A stretch of 64,000 nt of DNA from an uncultured Actinomycetes bacterium (GTDB taxonomy: Bacteria; SZUA-79; Acidulodesulfobacterales; Acidulodesulfobacteraceae): NCBI GenBank assembly GCA_964631685.1, contig CAZVZU010000001.1, positions 1 through 64,000 of the forward strand, written 5' to 3'. Positions 58,625 to 64,000 of the stretch are shown piece after piece. Under the pieces are notes generated by a model, which was not told where the DNA came from, made no database searches, and worked only from the letters and a program-made list of their open reading frames with translations. Within the stretch, counting starts at the first letter, position 1. Each line of letters begins with the position of its first letter. Made by a program: the position numbers and the translations under genes.

Positions 58625-59932
58625 ATGAATAGTTTTATTAAAATCAGACAGATCCTGTCACTTGATAAAGTCCTTTTTGCAAAAATCAAGAAAGATATGA
58701 GTGATGGCGATTCTGCGCCTAAGAGATTCTGGCTTTTTGCAGAGTCGCTTGGTGAGTTTAGGCTGGCTTTATATATCGTAAGTATTATTAGCAATATGAC
58801 GAGGGATGATAATAAAAAAAATATAAATAAGCCACTGTTTTTTATTAGCTTGAAAACCAGCTCTGCATACATGCTTGCTAAAAAAATGCTGCGATCTTCT
58901 TCTATATTTAATAACATTGTGTATTTTTTCCATCCGGCAAGTATTTTAAAAAAAATCTCAGGTGCCTATATATCGGCAATTAGACCTGACTATTTTATTT
59001 CTATTGAACACATTGTATCCGGACATTTAATAAATGAGCTTGTAAAGATAAATACGAGCATATGCTTTCTTGGGATTGACCCCGCTTGTTTTAAGAAAAT
59101 AAAGATACGCTCGGCAAGCGGTTTGCGGCCTATATTGATAACGGTTTCGAATGAGGATAAAAAAAAATTTGCGGAAAAAATTGTATCACGTAATTCCATG
59201 GGTAAATTTTTCAAGATAGTTGTGTTACCCGAATCTTTAAAATTCAACATAGGTTTTAACACTGCAACCAAAAATAATAATTTAGATGCTAAATATAAAA
59301 ACAACAATCTAGTGATATCCTTTGTGTCCATACATAAAAAAGAATCAAAATTTATTGTTGAATTAATAAAGGAAATGGTTGCCGACAACAACCTAATCAA
59401 AAACTATAATTTGAAATTTATCTTTGTTCCGAGAAATATCAAAATAGCACCAAAATTATTCAGGTTCGTTTCGAATTATAATCTTATGCCTGTATATCTT
59501 AAAGATTTAGCCAATAACAATGTGAAGGATGAATTTTTAACAAATAGCGACATTAAATCACTCATTGTAGATGATTACGGTAGTCTTGGTATGATATATC
59601 CATTGTCGGATATCGTCTATGTTGGGAAAAGTCTATATAAAAGCGAAAAGGGCGGGCATAATATGATAGAGCCGGCGTCTTTTGGGCGAGCTGTTATGAC
59701 AGGAAGTTATGCGTCTAATTTTCGTAATGTTATTACTGATATGTTGGATAGTAATGCCATATCGGTTGTTACAGAGCAAAATTTTAAAGATAAATTGTAC
59801 AAACTTATAATTAACGATAAATTGAGGCACAATATGGGCTTAAATGCGTTGCAATATTACATTGAAAGGACAAATAAATCGAAGAAGGCATTGACGGACT
59901 GTTTGTCTGCTAATTTTATAACGACAATATGA
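58625..59932 (+). CDS. waaA: Divergent Kdo transferase
   Basis: WLFAESLGE, FVPRN, D.YGSL..IY..SDIVYVGKSL...GGHNMIEPA. Confidence 0.8.
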   Translation: MNSFIKIRQILSLDKVLFAKIKKDMSDGDSAPKRFWLFAESLGEFRLALYIVSIISNMTRDDNKKNINKPLFFISLKTSSAYMLAKKMLRSSSIFNNIVYFFHPASILKKISGAYISAIRPDYFISIEHIVSGHLINELVKINTSICFLGIDPACFKKIKIRSASGLRPILITVSNEDKKKFAEKIVSRNSMGKFFKIVVLPESLKFNIGFNTATKNNNLDAKYKNNNLVISFVSIHKKESKFIVELIKEMVADNNLIKNYNLKFIFVPRNIKIAPKLFRFVSNYNLMPVYLKDLANNNVKDEFLTNSDIKSLIVDDYGSLGMIYPLSDIVYVGKSLYKSEKGGHNMIEPASFGRAVMTGSYASNFRNVITDMLDSNAISVVTEQNFKDKLYKLIINDKLRHNMGLNALQYYIERTNKSKKALTDCLSANFITTI

Positions 59933-61161
59933 ATATACTAACATCTAGTTTCATTCTTGAATTAATTTTATTTTTTTTAATATTCCTTGTTGTCTTGTTT
60001 TGTATCAGGGTAATATTTTTCAAATTAAAGATTAATTTTTTAAGCCGTAAGGATTTAAGTAAAGGCGAAAATCCTGTTGATCTGAGCGGTATAATTCATT
60101 TTCATACAGTTTATTCGGATGGTTCGGGAGAGATTAAAGACATCATAGACATAGCGAAAAGGCTTGATGCAGATTTTGTGATATCATCTGATCATAATAC
60201 GTTGAGGCCTAAATATGATGGTTTAGAGGGGTATTACGGTAAGCTCGTCTATTTTGCAGGGGAAGAAATAAATACCGAGTTCGGGCACTTTTTGGCAATT
60301 GGTATAAATGATGAAATTAAAAGAGGGACATATAAGAATGTTCTTTCCGAAATTAATAAACAAAATGGCGTATCTGTAATTTGTCATCCCCATAACTGGT
60401 GGACACCATGGAAAAATTTCAAGGTAAAGGGTTATAACGGAATTGAGATTATAAACCTTGATTCTCAATGGAGAGGCATGAACCCATTGTATATACTCGT
60501 AGTTTTTTTAACATATAGGATAAATCCATTTTATGCAATGCATTTTTTATCTCATAAACCAAAAAAAACCATAAAATTTTGGGATAACGTTCAAAAACAT
60601 AGTGATTTAAAAACAGGTATAGCATCAACGGATGCGCATTCCAATGTTAAAATAACAAAGAATTTCAGGGTTAAGATACCTAAATATGAAGAGTTACTTG
60701 CAGTGGCGAGGACACATGTTTTTCTCGATGATGCCCTTTCCGGAAATCTTGAACTTGATAAAAAACGTATTGCCGGGGCAATAAAAAAAGGGAAATGCTA
60801 TTTTTCATACGACATGTTTGGACGTCCCCAAGGGTTTTTCTTTAAAATATTTTATCTTGATGAACTCTGTGTTAGCGGGGATACTCTGAATATAGACAAA
60901 AAAGATAAAAATGTTATAATACATTCCGGCATTGATATCAATCCTGATATGAATAAGTTTGTTATAAATTTATTTCGCAATGGTGAAAAAATATATTCTT
61001 CTAAAAATAAAAATTTAACGCTAAAGCTGGATACCGCCACGTTTAAAAGCGGGGATAGCTTTTCGTACTCCTCTTTTTTCAGGGTTGAGGTAGATGTTTA
61101 TTTCGGATACAAAAAGATAACATATCTTTATTCCAACAACATTGAGGTAAGGCTTTGTTAA
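59929..61161 (+). CDS. Membrane-anchored PHP-family metallohydrolase
   Basis: N-terminal TM; HFHTVYSDG, SDHN, GEE, CHP, TDAH. Confidence 0.85.
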   Translation: MNILTSSFILELILFFLIFLVVLFCIRVIFFKLKINFLSRKDLSKGENPVDLSGIIHFHTVYSDGSGEIKDIIDIAKRLDADFVISSDHNTLRPKYDGLEGYYGKLVYFAGEEINTEFGHFLAIGINDEIKRGTYKNVLSEINKQNGVSVICHPHNWWTPWKNFKVKGYNGIEIINLDSQWRGMNPLYILVVFLTYRINPFYAMHFLSHKPKKTIKFWDNVQKHSDLKTGIASTDAHSNVKITKNFRVKIPKYEELLAVARTHVFLDDALSGNLELDKKRIAGAIKKGKCYFSYDMFGRPQGFFFKIFYLDELCVSGDTLNIDKKDKNVIIHSGIDINPDMNKFVINLFRNGEKIYSSKNKNLTLKLDTATFKSGDSFSYSSFFRVEVDVYFGYKKITYLYSNNIEVRLC

Positions 61162-61184
61162 ATTTTAATTAATAGTATAAAAAT

Positions 61185-62528
61185 ATGGATATAGAAAAAT
61201 TAGACAGAGAATTTGTTTGGCATCCCTTTACGCAGATGTTGAATTGGGAAAGTGAGCAAAACATTATTATTGAAAGAGGGGAAGGGGTTCATCTTTACGA
61301 TATTAATGGTAATAAATACATAGACGGAATATCCTCTCTATGGGTAAATATCTTTGGGCATAATAATAAGGAATTGAACGATGCCATTAAGGAACAAATT
61401 GATAAGATATCCCACAGCACACTCTTAGGTCTTGCCAATGTTCCATCCATTATCCTAGCTCAAAAACTTATAGAAATTGCTCCAAAAAATCTAAAAAAGG
61501 TTTTTTATTCTGACTCCGGGTCAACATCCGTTGAGATAGCTTTAAAGGTTGCATTTCAATATTTCAAGCAAAAGGGTGTAAAATTCAGAAATAAGAAAAA
61601 GATAATAGCGGCGACCTCCGCCTATCACGGAGATACATTAGGGAGTGTTTCGGTTGGAGGGATAGAGTTGTTTCATTCTATTTATAAACCGCTTCTTTTT
61701 GATACTATAAGAATTGTTTATCCTTATTGCTATAGGTGTCCGTTTGATCTTGTGCATCCTAACTGCGAGCTTCGTTGCGCTGTTGAGGCAGAGAAGATTA
61801 TCGGTTTTCATGCAGATGAATCGTGCGCGCTCATTATTGAACCTATGGTACAAGGAGCTTCTGGAATCATAACTATGCCGGCTGGATATATGAAAAAAAT
61901 AGAAAGGGCATGTAAGGATAATGATGTATTGTTAATATTAGATGAAGTTGCAACCGGATTCGGCAGAACGGGCAAAATGTTTGCTGCTTTTCACGAGGAT
62001 ATTCATCCGGATGCTATGTGCGTTGCGAAGGGAATCACAGGCGGTTATCTCCCTATGGCGGCAACACTTTTCACTAAGGAGATTTATGACGGTTTTCTAG
62101 GAAATTATGAAGATAATAAGACATTTTTTCATGGACATACATATACAGGGAACCAGCTTGCCGCAAGCGCTGCAGTTAAATCAATAGAGCTTTTTAAAAA
62201 ATATAATCTACTATATGAAATTAAGCCTCTGATATCGCATTTTGAGAAAATCCTTGAAGAGTTTAAGTTCTTGGATGTTGTCGGAGATATCAGGAATATA
62301 GGGCTTATGGCAGGGTTAGAGTTAGTGAAAGACAAGCAGACAAAGGAAGCTTTTGAGCAGAAAGAGAGGATAGGACACAAGGTGATTCTTAAGGCGCGCG
62401 ATATGGGCGTTATTATAAGGTCGCTTGGGGATACGGTTGTCATAATGCCGCCACTTGTTATAGACAAACAAACGCTTGATACGCTTTTATCTGTAGTTTA
62501 TGACTCAATTAAATCCATTCAATCGTGA
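61185..62528 (+). CDS. bioA: Adenosylmethionine-8-amino-7-oxononanoate aminotransferase
   Basis: VWHPFTQM, SSLWVN, YHGDT, DEVATGFGRTG, AKGITGGY, HGHTYTGN. Confidence 0.96.
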   Translation: MDIEKLDREFVWHPFTQMLNWESEQNIIIERGEGVHLYDINGNKYIDGISSLWVNIFGHNNKELNDAIKEQIDKISHSTLLGLANVPSIILAQKLIEIAPKNLKKVFYSDSGSTSVEIALKVAFQYFKQKGVKFRNKKKIIAATSAYHGDTLGSVSVGGIELFHSIYKPLLFDTIRIVYPYCYRCPFDLVHPNCELRCAVEAEKIIGFHADESCALIIEPMVQGASGIITMPAGYMKKIERACKDNDVLLILDEVATGFGRTGKMFAAFHEDIHPDAMCVAKGITGGYLPMAATLFTKEIYDGFLGNYEDNKTFFHGHTYTGNQLAASAAVKSIELFKKYNLLYEIKPLISHFEKILEEFKFLDVVGDIRNIGLMAGLELVKDKQTKEAFEQKERIGHKVILKARDMGVIIRSLGDTVVIMPPLVIDKQTLDTLLSVVYDSIKSIQS

Positions 62529-62540
62529 GTTCATTCTATT

Positions 62541-63176
62541 ATGCTATTAAATCTTAACCTACAATCTCTTGATAAAGGTTATGCCGGTATGTTTTTGTCT
62601 TGGGCTCTTTCTTTAGGATACCCAGGAATTATTTTATTAATGATCATGGAGTCTTGCGCCCTCCCTGTTTCATCCGAGGTGGTCTTAGGTTTTGCCGGTT
62701 TTTTATCTGGAGAGGGGAAAATGAGCTTTTATCTTGTGGTTCTAAGTGCAACACTTGGAACCATCATAGGTTCATCACTGCTTTATTATATAGGTAAAAA
62801 GGGTGGAAGACCGTTAATAAAGAAGTACGGAAGATATTTTCTTATTAACGAAAAAGATATGGATAAGGCAACAGTGTGGTTTGAAAGACATGGCGGGCTT
62901 GCGGTATTCGTTGGTGTTTGCCTGCCTATTATTAAAACGTACATAGGTTTTCCGCCTGGCGCTTCTCTTATGAATTATAAAAAATTTGCTTTTTATATTA
63001 TCTTAGGTTCTCTTATTTACAACGCATTAGTGGCATATTTAGGTATGATAGTAGGGCAAAATATAAATATCATCATTCCGTATTTTCGTAGGTTTGGAAT
63101 CATAATAATATTCATAGTCGTAGCATTAATAATCTTTTATATATATAGACATATAAAATCGGCTTTTCAAAATTAA
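62541..63176 (+). CDS. DedA family membrane protein
   Basis: LMIMESCALPVSSEVVL.FAG, GS..LYYIG..GGR, WFERHG. Confidence 0.92.
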   Translation: MLLNLNLQSLDKGYAGMFLSWALSLGYPGIILLMIMESCALPVSSEVVLGFAGFLSGEGKMSFYLVVLSATLGTIIGSSLLYYIGKKGGRPLIKKYGRYFLINEKDMDKATVWFERHGGLAVFVGVCLPIIKTYIGFPPGASLMNYKKFAFYIILGSLIYNALVAYLGMIVGQNINIIIPYFRRFGIIIIFIVVALIIFYIYRHIKSAFQN

Positions 63177-63193
63177 TCTTTACGGATTCGGAT

Positions 63194-64000
63194 GTGTTTT
63201 TGTATAAACATAAAAATTCTCATCCCGCTGCAACCGGGCGTTTTGCCTCTCATGGCGAAATAGTTTCCAATTTTAGTTACTCACCGTTTGCTTTAAAAAG
63301 TAAAAGAAGTCGACAAGGCATATTTGTTAGTTTAATGGCTAGCATCGTAGATTTTGGGATATATTCAAACATATTACTGCTAGTGTTGGCATTAATCGTA
63401 TCCGTGATCATTACCGTTTTTTTGAACAAGGGTTTAAGTCATCCTGTCTTAATTTTAGTAGAGTATATTGGTATATGGGTAGTATTGGTTCTTTTTTTGA
63501 CTATTTTCAGGAATAAGTTCAATGCTGCAAGGGCAAGTCAAAAAATTGACGTCAAGGGTTTGCCTGGCAACTTCAGGTGTAACTGTGCGGAAGGCACATT
63601 CCCATTTCGCGGAAACGATAACTATAAGCGGAATAAACCCCTTAATATCGGCATTTTGAACGGAAATAAAAAATTTCCTAATTTACTGATAGGGATTGAT
63701 AGAAAAAAAAGATTTGAGCATGCGATAATTATTTCACCCACCGGCGGCGGAAAAACATCAAGGTTTATTATACCAAGTATAATAAATGATGCGCATTACG
63801 ACGATGTGAGCTTATTTACCATAGATATTGACAGTCCTTATCTTTATGAATCCGTGAACAAGGAATGGATAAAATCAGGTAAAAAATCTGTCCATTTTGA
63901 TCCGTACGACCCCGCACAAAAAATACGATTTAATCCGCTGATTAACAGGGAGAAGAGATGTATTGAGGATGGCGAACTTTACAATTTGTCTTCTTTGCTT
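63194..64000 (+). CDS. VirD4/TraG/TraD-like coupling-protein ATPase (3'-truncated by window edge)
   Basis: Manual translation from GTG at 63194 is open to 64000: two TM segments, then RFEHAIIISPTGGGKTSRFIIP (Walker A, 63734-63757), FDPYD and IRFNPL. Confidence 0.8.
   Translation, partial: MFLYKHKNSHPAATGRFASHGEIVSNFSYSPFALKSKRSRQGIFVSLMASIVDFGIYSNILLLVLALIVSVIITVFLNKGLSHPVLILVEYIGIWVVLVLFLTIFRNKFNAARASQKIDVKGLPGNFRCNCAEGTFPFRGNDNYKRNKPLNIGILNGNKKFPNLLIGIDRKKRFEHAIIISPTGGGKTSRFIIPSIINDAHYDDVSLFTIDIDSPYLYESVNKEWIKSGKKSVHFDPYDPAQKIRFNPLINREKRCIEDGELYNLSSLL

Noticed and set aside
923..62797. Numerous short ORFs in the track overlapping long genes (e.g. 1417-1776, 4882-5181, 47173-47514, 55397-55792, 57960-58373, 58501-58917)
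   Set aside because: They are antisense or off-frame shadows of well-supported genes, with no recognisable motifs.

Overview
AT-rich, gene-dense chromosomal window from a diderm (LPS-making) bacterium. The remA-gmk-rpoZ-spoT synteny, a Desulfovibrio-type FMN-binding protein, low GC and very Lys-rich exported proteins suggest a deltaproteobacteria-like lineage, possibly an acidophile such as Ca. Acidulodesulfobacterium. That assignment is inference and was not verified. The standout feature (3.6-13.6 kb) is a complete clade I-type nitrous oxide reductase cluster in the unusual order nosZ-L-R-D-F-Y-[orf88-orf131]-X. NosZ has a Tat motif followed by a lipobox and an EPHQ variant, NosR has a non-canonical flavinylation motif, and NosL has a Met/Lys tail. 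A small gene pair resembling a DUF6516/TumE-type toxin-antitoxin module is embedded in the operon. A CRP/FNR-family (HcpR-like) box at class II spacing precedes nosZ, and a second one precedes a DUF2249-fused ric gene 48 kb away. Other accessory items are a PAS-GGDEF cyclase plus metallophosphoesterase, an orphan MshA-like pilin, pstCAB-phoU without pstS behind a four-unit Pho box, an AT-rich HNH + TPR gene pair, and a truncated VirD4/TraG-like coupling protein missed by the ORF track at the right edge. The rest is housekeeping (queC, dapF, slt, ligA, glmUS, pcrA, gatCAB, mtnA, ilvE, LPS core genes, hemB, cysS, bioA). No rRNA, tRNA, CRISPR array, integrase or transposase was recognised.
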